From assembly GCA_018669005.1 (NCBI GenBank), contig JABJAL010000034.1, forward strand, positions 2,298-66,297: a stretch of DNA of 64,000 bases, written 5' to 3'. The stretch comes from Nitrospinaceae bacterium. Lineage in GTDB: Bacteria; UBA8248. A program made the position numbers and the translations under genes. A model generated the notes under the pieces. The model was not told where the DNA came from and ran no database searches. It saw nothing but the letters and a program-made list of their open reading frames with translations. This document shows positions 38,448 through 47,552 of this stretch, piece after piece. Each line of letters opens with the position of its first letter. Within the stretch, counting starts at the first letter, position 1.

Positions 38448-38840
38448 CTATTTTTTTAATGCTGTGAAAAAACGGTTGTCCATGACTTCAAGCTTTCCCT
38501 CAAGCTTTTCAGTGCACTCACAGCTTCCGCAACTAGGATAGCCTTCGCATTTTTCGAGCGTCGTGGTGTAGCGAATGTCGAAATCCTCGAAATATTCTCG
38601 CCAATAGGGAAGCTCCTCTAGTAGCTCTCCGCCGGGGCCGAACGCCTCTCGGCAATAACAAGGCTCTATCCAGCGTACCTGACCGTTATCCAAGAGGCGT
38701 GCGCTCTTCATGCATTTGATGTAGGTGGGGTAGGCGATGGAGCCCTTGCCCAGAGAGCCTGACTCGACCGCCTCAAGCAGTGCCCGCTCTTTGCCTTTTA
38801 TGACGAAAGCCCTGACGAGATAGCGCACCAGAAACCTCAA
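38448..38840 (-). CDS. hypothetical cysteine-rich protein
   Basis: 130 aa with CYC and CEGYPSCGSCEC clusters. No confident family. Confidence 0.35.
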   Translation of the reverse strand: MRFLVRYLVRAFVIKGKERALLEAVESGSLGKGSIAYPTYIKCMKSARLLDNGQVRWIEPCYCREAFGPGGELLEELPYWREYFEDFDIRYTTTLEKCEGYPSCGSCECTEKLEGKLEVMDNRFFTALKK

Positions 38841-39035
38841 ACAAAAAAATAGGTCTGATTTAACTTACATAATTTTATCATAGATGGTGGGTGTTCTCGT
38901 CCGAAAATTCATTCCGTAGGTGGACGAAATGCCGGGGAAGGCGGATAATTCTATCATCTGGAAAAGTCCAACCGAATTTTTATATTTGTTCCGGTCGATG
39001 GTTTTAGGCTGGAGGTCTCTTGCAAGGAGCTAGAA

Positions 39036-40703
39036 ATGACTGAAATGTCAGGTGCGCGGTATTTGTGTGAAATTATGAAAGCCTACGGTGTGAGCACGTA
39101 TTTTTTCATGCCCTCGATGCTGAGCCACACGCTGGCGCTTATGGATGACTATCCTATCCGGCGGATTATGACCCACGGAGAGAAGGCTGCTGTTTATATG
39201 GCGGACGGCTATGCACGCGCTTCGGGCAAACCTGGTATCTGTGGAGCCCAGGCGATTGGGGCCTCGAACCTCGCTGCCGGGCTCAGAGACGCCCATATGG
39301 CGCACAGCCCGGTCATCTCCCTCGTTGGTGGGCGCTTTTCCGAGCAGAAATATCGCTTCCCCTATCAAGAGATTGATGATTTTTCGATGTTCGAGTGCAC
39401 AACCAAGGCGAACTATCAGATTGATACTGCAGATCGCATCCCCGATATGATGCGGCAGGCTTTCCGTGAGGCGACATCGGGAAACCCGGGTCCGGTTAAC
39501 CTTCAGTTCTACGGCAACCACGGCGAGATCGAGCGCGATATTATCGATCAAGAAGTCATCGTCGAGGAGCGCCACACGAGCATTCCCGCCTACCGGCCCC
39601 GACCTGACATAGCGGATGTCGAAAAAGTGGCCGAGCGCCTCCAGGCGGCCGCAAGACCGATTATCGTGGCTGGCGGCGGTGCCCGGGTGTCGGGCGCGGG
39701 AGCCGAGATCACTGCACTCGCAGAGAAGCTTCAGATTCCCATCTTGAATTCAACCGGTGCGATGGCGCTCACCCCGGAGAACCATCCGCTCTATTGCGGT
39801 GTGCCGGGTACGTATTCGAGAAGCTGCTCGAATAAAGCAATGCTCGCCTCAGATTTGGTGCTGTTCATTGGTTCCGAGGTAGGAGGTCAGCTTACCCATT
39901 TTTGGAAGCTGCCCAAGCCTGGTACCGAAATAATTCAAATTGGCATCGACGCGAACGATCTTGGGCGCAACTACCCGAACTCGGTTTCGGTTTTGGGTGA
40001 TGCGAAAGTGACGGTTGAGGCTCTGGTTGGCGCAGTGAATAAGAGAGAGGCGGGTTCCTGGGTGGCCGAGGTGCAGAAGATGGTGGCCGACTGGCGGGCC
40101 GAGATTGAGCCGTATCGAAACTCTGACGCCACACCGATGCGCCCGGAGCGTGTCCTCAAAGAGCTTAGCGATTGCCTGCCCGAGGATGTTTTGGTCGTTA
40201 GCGATACCGGACACTCGGCGATGTGGCTTTCCCAGCAGTTGTGGATGGACTCCACGAAATGGGACATCATCCGATGCGCAGGCTCTCTTGGCTGGGGCTT
40301 TCCTGCCTCGCTCGGGGCCAAGTGTGCTTTCCCGGATAGGCCGGTCGTCTGTTTCACCGGCGACGGCGGCTATTGGTATCACCTCCAGGAGATGGAAACG
40401 GCCGTGCGCTTCGGAATCAACTCGGTGACGGTTGTGAACAACAACAAATCGATGAATCAGGAGATCGGCGTTTACACGAAAGCCTACGATGGGAATCCCT
40501 CGGATCAGTGGGGTACGATGTGGAAGTTCACAGACGTTAACCTCACTAAAATTGCCGAGGACATGGGTGCCTTTGCCATTCGCGTGGAAAAACCTGAGGA
40601 CATTGCGCCAGCGATGGACAAGGCTTTTGCCGCAGGAAGGCCCGCCCTCGTCGAGGTTATGACTGACATCGACGCTCTTTCGCCGGGCGCATCGCTGAGT
40701 TAG
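39036..40703 (+). CDS. thiamine pyrophosphate-dependent enzyme (acetolactate synthase large subunit / 2-keto-acid decarboxylase superfamily)
   Basis: 555 aa with TPP_N, central and TPP_C domains (GDG...NN TPP-binding motif region FTGDGGYWY...VVNNN). Confidence 0.7.
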   Translation: MTEMSGARYLCEIMKAYGVSTYFFMPSMLSHTLALMDDYPIRRIMTHGEKAAVYMADGYARASGKPGICGAQAIGASNLAAGLRDAHMAHSPVISLVGGRFSEQKYRFPYQEIDDFSMFECTTKANYQIDTADRIPDMMRQAFREATSGNPGPVNLQFYGNHGEIERDIIDQEVIVEERHTSIPAYRPRPDIADVEKVAERLQAAARPIIVAGGGARVSGAGAEITALAEKLQIPILNSTGAMALTPENHPLYCGVPGTYSRSCSNKAMLASDLVLFIGSEVGGQLTHFWKLPKPGTEIIQIGIDANDLGRNYPNSVSVLGDAKVTVEALVGAVNKREAGSWVAEVQKMVADWRAEIEPYRNSDATPMRPERVLKELSDCLPEDVLVVSDTGHSAMWLSQQLWMDSTKWDIIRCAGSLGWGFPASLGAKCAFPDRPVVCFTGDGGYWYHLQEMETAVRFGINSVTVVNNNKSMNQEIGVYTKAYDGNPSDQWGTMWKFTDVNLTKIAEDMGAFAIRVEKPEDIAPAMDKAFAAGRPALVEVMTDIDALSPGASLS

Positions 40704-40853
40704 AGAACTCGTTCGGGCGGACTCTTGAAGTAAGGTGTTTTTTTGAGAAAAAGCCGAGTAGTAGCGACATAGTCTTTGCTGAATACGCCAGGTATATGTT
40801 CGGATGAATATTTTAATATGCTTGGGGAAAGCGTGGGTTTAGTCTTAAGGCGC

Positions 40854-40899
40854 AGGAAGGATGGTGGTGCGATGGCCACCATCCTTCCTGTTTTTTTTT
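40854..40899 (+). terminator. rho-independent terminator
   Basis: 14-bp perfect stem aggaaggatggtgg/ccaccatccttcct followed by a T9 run. Confidence 0.8.
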
Positions 40900-40910
40900 A
40901 AGAGTAGTGT

Positions 40911-41786
40911 TTACTTGTCTTTGCCTTCGTATACCTCAAAGACGCGGGCGGCATCGTCCTTGCCCCATCCGGCAGCTTCTGCGCGCTGGAACATTTTTCG
41001 AGCCGCAGGGACGACCTGGAGTTCCACACCGTTTTCTTTCGCCAGATCAATGGCAAGGCCCATGTCCTTAACGAATATTTCGACCGCGCCACGAGCTTCC
41101 CAATCGCGGTTCATAATTCGAGGAGCGGCATTTTCCAGCATCGTGCCCTTTACGGTGCTTGCCCGCAGGCACTCCATCATCGCATCGTCATCAAGACCTG
41201 CTCGCCGACCGGTCAAAAGCATTTCGCATATCAAGGCCGTGCAGGAATTAACAAATAAATTGGTGACGACCTTCATGGTCGCGCCTTTGCCGTTTTCTCC
41301 CATGTGGACAACGCTTGAGGTGATCGAGTCGAGTATCGGATATACTCGGTCAAAGGCCTCTTTAACCCCACCCACCATCATCGAAATCTGGCGTGAGGCC
41401 ACGCGGGGATGAGAACCTGATATCGGTGCGTCAAGCATTTTGATGCCCGTGGTGGCGAGACGCTTGCCCATATCTGCCTGAAAGGCGGGTTTCATGGTGC
41501 TCATTTCGACGTGAATTAAACCCTTCTTTCCGGCCGCGACGATACCATTTGGCCCGAACGTATTTTCCTCGATGTGGGCTTCCTTCAGGAGAATTGAGAA
41601 GGTGATGTCGCACTGTTCGGCAATTTCTTTGGCCGATGCGGCGCGTTTCCCGCCCAGCCCCTCGAGCATTTTCATCCGGCCCTCATCAACGTCGTAGCCG
41701 AGCATCTCGTGTCCGTCTGCAAGAAACTCCTTTGAGAGCGCAAGGCCCATTTTCCCTAATCCGATCATTCCAAGTTTCTCGCCCAC
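40911..41786 (-). CDS. NAD(P)-dependent oxidoreductase, 3-hydroxyisobutyrate/tartronate-semialdehyde dehydrogenase family
   Basis: GMIGLGKMG Rossmann motif and 6PGDH-like NAD-binding domain signature. Confidence 0.75.
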   Translation of the reverse strand: MGEKLGMIGLGKMGLALSKEFLADGHEMLGYDVDEGRMKMLEGLGGKRAASAKEIAEQCDITFSILLKEAHIEENTFGPNGIVAAGKKGLIHVEMSTMKPAFQADMGKRLATTGIKMLDAPISGSHPRVASRQISMMVGGVKEAFDRVYPILDSITSSVVHMGENGKGATMKVVTNLFVNSCTALICEMLLTGRRAGLDDDAMMECLRASTVKGTMLENAAPRIMNRDWEARGAVEIFVKDMGLAIDLAKENGVELQVVPAARKMFQRAEAAGWGKDDAARVFEVYEGKDK

Positions 41787-41851
41787 CTCAATAGCTCCTT
41801 ATAATTTAGTTCAAGGTTTTACAGTTAATTTCCAATTGATGGTTCTTTGTT

Positions 41852-42910
41852 CTAAAGGGTGACGGCTTTACCCTCCTTAACCGAACGATCCGAGGCCATT
41901 GTCAGTTCGAGTACTTGCCGGGCGTCTGCCCCGGTGCAGAGGCCAACTCCGCCGATGCCCAGGACGTGGCGGATGAAGGCATCGGATTCTTCTTTCATCG
42001 GCCCAAAGAATTCGCCCAGCATGAAATCGCCTGGCATTGCCGAGCCGAGGAAGGCGACGTTTACTTCGTGCTCCGGGGTGTAGGGGCAGGGGATTGGTTG
42101 GCCCGTTGCAAGAACAACGTCCCGGTGCGCATCGTCGATGTTGAGCGTTCCCTCAGTCCCCTGAAGGTCGATTTCCATCGATGCTGTGTAAGCAGGCCAG
42201 TGATGAGGAGGCAGCCAGCTTGTCCCCAGGGTGGCGACGCTCCCGTCGTCAAAGGTAACGATCAGCCACTGGAAATCATCTCGGTTGTAGGGTTTGAAAA
42301 CAAAGCTCGCCGCCTTGGCATAGACTTCGACCGGTTTTTTCCCCTCCATGTACCAAAGGATAAGATCAACCATGTAGGTCAGGGTGTTGATTGACGGCGT
42401 GGTGTTTGGTGAACGGCGGGCGACGGCCTCGCCGACGGCGCGGGTGACGTAGATTTTTCCCATCGCCATGACAATGTTGCCAAGCTGTCCCGACATGGCG
42501 GCCTGTTTGGCGTGTAGGTAGCGGCGGCGGAAGCGCTGGGTGTAGCCCACGAAAATCTCGGCGCCGCTTTTTTCGGCTTTGGCCAAAATGTCGTCTGCCT
42601 CGTCTAGATCAAGAACAAATGGTTTTTCGATCAGGACAGGCTTGCCGAGTTCGGCCGCAAGGGCGGCCGGGGCGTGATGGTATTCCTCATCGGTTGATAT
42701 AATGACCGCGCCCACGCGATCGCTTCGAATGGCCTCCTCGAAATTTGTTGTTGCCATGTCCGCACCGACGGCCTCAGAGAGAGTGTCGAGTTTTTCGGGC
42801 ACCTTGTCGCAGATGGCCAGGTAATCGACCTGGGGTATCTGAGAGCATGAGTGGGCCCTGAGTGTGCCGATCCCGCCCGCTCCGATGACTGCTACGCCTG
42901 TGGATTCCAT
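41852..42910 (-). CDS. Gfo/Idh/MocA family oxidoreductase
   Basis: VAVIGAGGIG N-terminus and EKPF motif. Confidence 0.75.
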   Translation of the reverse strand: MESTGVAVIGAGGIGTLRAHSCSQIPQVDYLAICDKVPEKLDTLSEAVGADMATTNFEEAIRSDRVGAVIISTDEEYHHAPAALAAELGKPVLIEKPFVLDLDEADDILAKAEKSGAEIFVGYTQRFRRRYLHAKQAAMSGQLGNIVMAMGKIYVTRAVGEAVARRSPNTTPSINTLTYMVDLILWYMEGKKPVEVYAKAASFVFKPYNRDDFQWLIVTFDDGSVATLGTSWLPPHHWPAYTASMEIDLQGTEGTLNIDDAHRDVVLATGQPIPCPYTPEHEVNVAFLGSAMPGDFMLGEFFGPMKEESDAFIRHVLGIGGVGLCTGADARQVLELTMASDRSVKEGKAVTL

Positions 42911-42966
42911 GTTTCTCCCCTATAAAATGAAAGTGATTAGTTCGGTTCATCGGACTGCCAGTCATG

Positions 42967-43737
42967 TCATTCTGGTTTGCGCTTTTTAAAAAAAGCCGCG
43001 ATGCCCTCCTTCGCATCCTCTGATTCGAGAAGATTGGGCATGAGTTTGCTCATGAGGCGAACGGCTTTGTTGTACTCGATTCCCTCGATTTCATAAAACG
43101 CCCGCTTGCCCATCTGAACGGCATACGGGCTTGTCTCGGCGATCTGGGTGGCGAAGGCGGTTAGTTCGTCCTCGAATTGCCCGGCTGGCGTGGTCTTAGT
43201 CACAAGGCCCATGGCGACGGCCTCCGCCGCGCCGAAGCGGCGACCTGTGACGAATAACTCATACGCCCGGCGCGCACCCACGGCGCGAATCACCGGGGGC
43301 ATGATGGTGCAGGGCCAGAAGCCAAGCTTAATCTCGGGAACGCCGAATAAGGCTTCCTCCTCGGCGACAGCAAAGTCTGCCGCCGCCGTCAGCGCTGTTC
43401 CGCCGCCTAGCGCGTAGCCCTGGGGGGCCGCAATAACAGGTTTGCTGATCTGGGAGAAGGCCAGGAAAAAATCGGCGGTGTAGCCGAAGTGGCGTTCCCG
43501 CTCGGGCCCGGATTTGTCACCAAATGAACTCACGTCAGAGCCCGCGCAGAAAGTGGGTCCCTCACCGCGGACAATAATCACCCGCACCTCGGGCGACTCG
43601 TCCAACGTAAAAAGCCAGCGCCGCATTCCTCTATACATGGTGTCGGTCATCGCGTTTCGCTTCTCGGGCCGGTCGATGGTGAGTGTGGCGATGTGGTCGC
43701 TGATGTCCCAACTTAGGTTATCGACGGGTTCGAGCAT
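42967..43737 (-). CDS. enoyl-CoA hydratase/isomerase (crotonase family)
   Basis: ITLNRPEKRNA-like N-terminus and the crotonase-fold oxyanion motifs (CAGSD, ALGGG). Confidence 0.8.
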   Translation of the reverse strand: MLEPVDNLSWDISDHIATLTIDRPEKRNAMTDTMYRGMRRWLFTLDESPEVRVIIVRGEGPTFCAGSDVSSFGDKSGPERERHFGYTADFFLAFSQISKPVIAAPQGYALGGGTALTAAADFAVAEEEALFGVPEIKLGFWPCTIMPPVIRAVGARRAYELFVTGRRFGAAEAVAMGLVTKTTPAGQFEDELTAFATQIAETSPYAVQMGKRAFYEIEGIEYNKAVRLMSKLMPNLLESEDAKEGIAAFFKKRKPE

Positions 43738-43995
43738 TTAGGTGCCTTTTCGTTGCGAGAAAAGTGCCTGCGGGCCGGAAATCGGCAACCATCGAGGGCG
43801 TGCCAGCCAGCAGAGGTGTCAGGAACGAAGCGGTTTCCCGGAATGAGAAAATTGTATCGGGTATTTGGCATAGGTCAAGACTCGGAAGTCTCTTGATTCT
43901 GGCGTTAATTTTATGTTTGCGCGGCATCCCGAAGAGACCGATAATCTGGGGGGAACCCGGAAAATCCGATCTTATCTTGAATTCAGGAGACCGAT

Positions 43996-44973
43996 ATGCG
44001 CATTGATGTCCAGACGCACCATATGCCGGACGGTTATGTGAAGGCCCTTGCCGAACGTTCAGATTATCCCTTCTTCGAGCGGGAGGGCGATAGCTGGTTT
44101 GCCCAGGGCACCACGCATGCCCGGCTGCCGATGGCCCCCTCGATACTGGATATCGGGCTTAAAATTGAAGAGATGGATGCGCATAATATCGATTTGGCAT
44201 TGATCAGCCTCAATATTCCGGGCCCCGATCTCGCGGCGGACCCCAAGGACGCCGACGAGCTGGCGCGCATCGGAAATGACGGCATCGCCGAGGCCGTTGC
44301 GAAGCACCCGGATCGCTTCAAAGGATTTGCCAACCTTGGTTTTGGCGACATCGACGCGACCTGCCGGGAGCTTGAGCGATGCATCGACGAACTAGGTTTC
44401 ATCGCCCTTCAGGTATTCGCCTTCATCGGTGGAAAGCGCCCCCTCGACGATCCCGCCTTCGCCCCCGTCTGGGCGTTGTTGGCCGAGCGCAATGTCCCGC
44501 TCGTTCTGCATCCGGGGCCCTCGCCCGCTGGTGCCGTTTATGCGGACTACTGGCTAGGACCCCTGGTTGGATTTCTCTTCGATGAAAGCATCGCCGCGCT
44601 TCGGCTCATTTTCTCGGGCATCATGGAGTGCCACCCCAGGCTCAAGGTGCTCCTGCCTCACGGCGGGGCAACGCTGCCGCTTCTCATTGGCCGGGTGGAC
44701 CGTCTTTCGAGCAACCGCCCGGGCCCACGGGACAACATCTCCCATGCACCGAGTCATTATTTCGAGCGCATTCACACTGATGCCGTAGCACATTCCACAA
44801 CGGCGCTCAGCCTCGCGCTTCAGGAAATGGGTGCCGACCGGCTCATGTTTGCCTCGGACGCCCCCTGGGTGCCCGTTGAGGCGCATGTGAAGATTGTCGG
44901 GGAGTTGGGACTCTCAGAGCCCGACGCCGATAAAATCTGGAGTGGTACGGCGAAAAAGTTTTTCGAAATCTAG
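43996..44973 (+). CDS. amidohydrolase-2 family metal-dependent hydrolase/decarboxylase
   Basis: MRIDVQTHH metal-binding start and TIM-barrel amidohydrolase_2 pattern. Confidence 0.65.
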   Translation: MRIDVQTHHMPDGYVKALAERSDYPFFEREGDSWFAQGTTHARLPMAPSILDIGLKIEEMDAHNIDLALISLNIPGPDLAADPKDADELARIGNDGIAEAVAKHPDRFKGFANLGFGDIDATCRELERCIDELGFIALQVFAFIGGKRPLDDPAFAPVWALLAERNVPLVLHPGPSPAGAVYADYWLGPLVGFLFDESIAALRLIFSGIMECHPRLKVLLPHGGATLPLLIGRVDRLSSNRPGPRDNISHAPSHYFERIHTDAVAHSTTALSLALQEMGADRLMFASDAPWVPVEAHVKIVGELGLSEPDADKIWSGTAKKFFEI

Positions 44974-44983
44974 GCGGCGGCGT

Positions 44984-45442
44984 TTAAACAGATTTTTCGC
45001 GAAGAACCATTCGTTTTACATCGTACTCAAGCACAACCTCGCCCGTTTGGTTGATGACTCTCTGGTGGCTGGCGACAACGCCCCTGTCGGGGCGGCTCGT
45101 GGAGGCTTTGGTCTCGTTGACTTCCACCTCGACGCGCAGGGTGTCGCCCGCATAAACCGGGGCCCGGGCGACGAGATTGTCTATTCCCAATAACGCCACG
45201 GCGTAGTTGTGCAGGATGCCCGTCTGGATGATGAGTGCGTCGGCTATCCCGGCGGTTAAAAGCGCTGGCGCCATGCGCCTGTCGTGTCCCTTTTCGCGCA
45301 AATATTCCATGTCGAGAAAGAGGCTCTCTGTGTAGCCCACCGTATTTACGTAGTTGACGATATCCGTCTCGGCGATGGTTCGCCCGCGAGTCGTAATTTT
45401 TTGTCCAACGACCCAGTCCTCTAAAGGAATCCCGCTCTGCAC
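44984..45442 (-). CDS. MaoC-family dehydratase (hotdog fold)
   Basis: 152 aa. The tIAETDIVNYVNTVG...D motif region is typical of MaoC R-hydratases. Confidence 0.7.
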   Translation of the reverse strand: MQSGIPLEDWVVGQKITTRGRTIAETDIVNYVNTVGYTESLFLDMEYLREKGHDRRMAPALLTAGIADALIIQTGILHNYAVALLGIDNLVARAPVYAGDTLRVEVEVNETKASTSRPDRGVVASHQRVINQTGEVVLEYDVKRMVLREKSV

Positions 45443-45706
45443 GCTTTTCTCCCTATAGGTAAACTTTATTTTGTCATGTGTCAGTGCTTGCTAAATTCTA
45501 GTCGATTCTTTAGTTGGAGACTAGAGGGGGGCGAGCTATTTTCTTTGTAAGTAATTGAAATAAAAATACTTGTATTGTTTTCTTTGAAGGTGAATCGAAA
45601 TGGGAACCCGCCGCGTCCAAAACGGCAGCAATGAAGTTTTGCACTTTTTTGGCTATTGGCGATATGGGCGACCGGAAGAGAGTCCAACAATCCGGGAGAT
45701 TACGAA

Positions 45707-46390
45707 ATGAAAAGATTTATGGTGATAGCGCTGGCGGGAATCATGGGCGGGGCGCTCTTTTTCACAGGCAGCGCCGATGCTTGGCACGGAGACAGACATT
45801 TTAGAGCGCGCCACATCCGCTCTCGGCATTTTCGTCCTCGTCACTTTCGACCCCCTATATTTTATTCGGGCTTTTATGGCCACCATTGGGGACACCGCCA
45901 CGTTCATCGTGAGCCTGTTTATGTTGAGCGTGTTTATCAGCCGGTAGGGACCACCACTACATATTCCACATACGAGCGCGCGGAAAATTCGAGCCAGGTG
46001 CTCGGTGCCATTCTCGGCGGCATCGGTGGCGGTGTCATCGGATCGCGAATTGGCGGGGGCAGGGGAAAGGTAGTTGCCACCGTCGCGGGCTCGATCATCG
46101 GTCTTTTGGCCGGAGGCGAGATTGGCAAGCAACTTGACGAGCGCCAGCAGCTTATTCTTGCGAGTACGACGAACCGTACCCTAGAGACATCCCGCTCGGA
46201 GACCGAAGTGCCCTGGCGCGACCCGGACTCAAATGCCCACGGTACAGTGATCCCGAAGCCCGCCTATCAAAATGCTCAAGGTCGCTACTGCCGTGAGTAC
46301 ACCCAGACCGTCGTCATCGATGGCAAGAGCAAACGTGCCTACGGAACCGCCTGTCGCCAGCCAGATGGAAGCTGGAACGTCGTCAATTAA
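45707..46390 (+). CDS. glycine-zipper 2TM / 17-kDa surface-antigen-like outer-membrane protein with His/Arg-rich N-terminal repeats
   Basis: Signal peptide. RHFRARHIRSRHFRPRHFRP repeats. Gly-zipper (GAILGGIGGGVIGSRIGGG). C-terminal YCREY...ACRQPDGSW. Confidence 0.55.
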   Translation: MKRFMVIALAGIMGGALFFTGSADAWHGDRHFRARHIRSRHFRPRHFRPPIFYSGFYGHHWGHRHVHREPVYVERVYQPVGTTTTYSTYERAENSSQVLGAILGGIGGGVIGSRIGGGRGKVVATVAGSIIGLLAGGEIGKQLDERQQLILASTTNRTLETSRSETEVPWRDPDSNAHGTVIPKPAYQNAQGRYCREYTQTVVIDGKSKRAYGTACRQPDGSWNVVN

Positions 46391-46407
46391 GCGCTACGAA
46401 ACAATAA

Positions 46408-46446
46408 AACGCCCCCACGGTTTGAAAATCGTGGGGGCGTTTATTG
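46408..46446. terminator. bidirectional rho-independent terminator
   Basis: acgcccccacgg/ccgtgggggcgt stem with T/A-rich flanks on both strands, between convergent genes. Confidence 0.8.
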
Positions 46447-46467
46447 TTCAGACTTAAAAGGCGATAT

Positions 46468-47517
46468 TTATCCGGCGACCATTATGGCGGCGCGTCCCAT
46501 AACCTCACCCTTTTCAAGACGCTCATGGACAAGCTCGGCGTCTCCAATGTTGAAGCCGTATTTTTCGGTAACAAGTGGCCAGACATCTCCCCGCGCCACA
46601 ATATCCAGCGTGTCGCTGACCTCCTGGCGCGTGCAGTAGCGGCTGCCCATGATGTTGAGTTCCTTGCCCGAGAGTTCGCCGCCCACGGCCTCGAAGGGTG
46701 TTTTGGAGCCGCCCCCGCCCAGCGTGGCGAGCCGGCCCCCGCGCCCGAGCGATCTGACGCCATCGGTGAGCGTTTTCTCGTTCGAGACGAAGTCCACCAC
46801 GACATCCACCCCATCTCCACCTGTCAGGTCCATCAACGCCTCTACCATTTTGCCGTCAGAGGCGTTCACCGTTTCGCTCGCGCCAATCTCGCGGCATTTC
46901 TCGAGTTTTTCGGGAACAACGTCCACTGCAATAACCCTAGCGCGCGCCCAGTGAGCCATCATCACCATATGGATGCCCAGGCCGCCGCCTGCACCAATGA
47001 CGGCGACAGTGTCAATCGGAGCGATTTGGGCCCGCCTGATAACTTTATAAGGCGTGGCCAGGGCGTCGGCGATGACGCCCACCTCCGCCGGGCGGCCCCT
47101 CCAGTCGAGGCTCTCTGGGATCTTGATGTAGTTGCGCTCGGGCATCTTGATGTATTCGGCGTAGCCGCCGTCGATCTGGCGGCCAACATGCCCGGCCAGG
47201 TTCGAGCAAAGCGTCGGCCTGTTGTTCAGGCACCATTTGCAGTGGCCGCAATCGAGGTAGAAATAGCATGTAACCGGGTCGCCTACCTTAAGGTTGTTCA
47301 CTCCGGTACCGGTCTCGACAATCTCGCCCGTGATCTCGTGGCCGATGATGACGGGATAGTTCGCGCCATGGTTGCGCCCAACGCGGGTGTGTTGAATTGT
47401 GAGGCCCGAGCCACAGGCCAGCACCCTAGCCACCGCTTCACCGGGACCGGGTTTCGGGTCCGGGCGCTCCTCCATCACAAAAGGCTCTCCAGGCCCAGGT
47501 AATACTATCGCTTGCAC
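46468..47517 (-). CDS. zinc-binding alcohol dehydrogenase (MDR family)
   Basis: GHEITGEIVETG and CGHCKWC zinc motifs, and GAGGGLG Rossmann motif. Confidence 0.8.
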   Translation of the reverse strand: MQAIVLPGPGEPFVMEERPDPKPGPGEAVARVLACGSGLTIQHTRVGRNHGANYPVIIGHEITGEIVETGTGVNNLKVGDPVTCYFYLDCGHCKWCLNNRPTLCSNLAGHVGRQIDGGYAEYIKMPERNYIKIPESLDWRGRPAEVGVIADALATPYKVIRRAQIAPIDTVAVIGAGGGLGIHMVMMAHWARARVIAVDVVPEKLEKCREIGASETVNASDGKMVEALMDLTGGDGVDVVVDFVSNEKTLTDGVRSLGRGGRLATLGGGGSKTPFEAVGGELSGKELNIMGSRYCTRQEVSDTLDIVARGDVWPLVTEKYGFNIGDAELVHERLEKGEVMGRAAIMVAG

Positions 47518-47552
47518 AACGGCTCCCCCTCTTTAGGATTGTTTGACGGTTG

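Noticed and set aside
38990-39035. Possible sigma54 promoter (ctGGaggtctcTTGCa) upstream of the TPP-dependent enzyme
   Set aside because: GG-GC spacing is one nucleotide short of consensus, and the -24 element is poor (TGGagg instead of TGGCAC).
46444-47502. 352-aa plus-strand ORF
   Set aside because: Antisense to the well-supported Zn-ADH on the minus strand. GC third-position bias produces long antisense ORFs.
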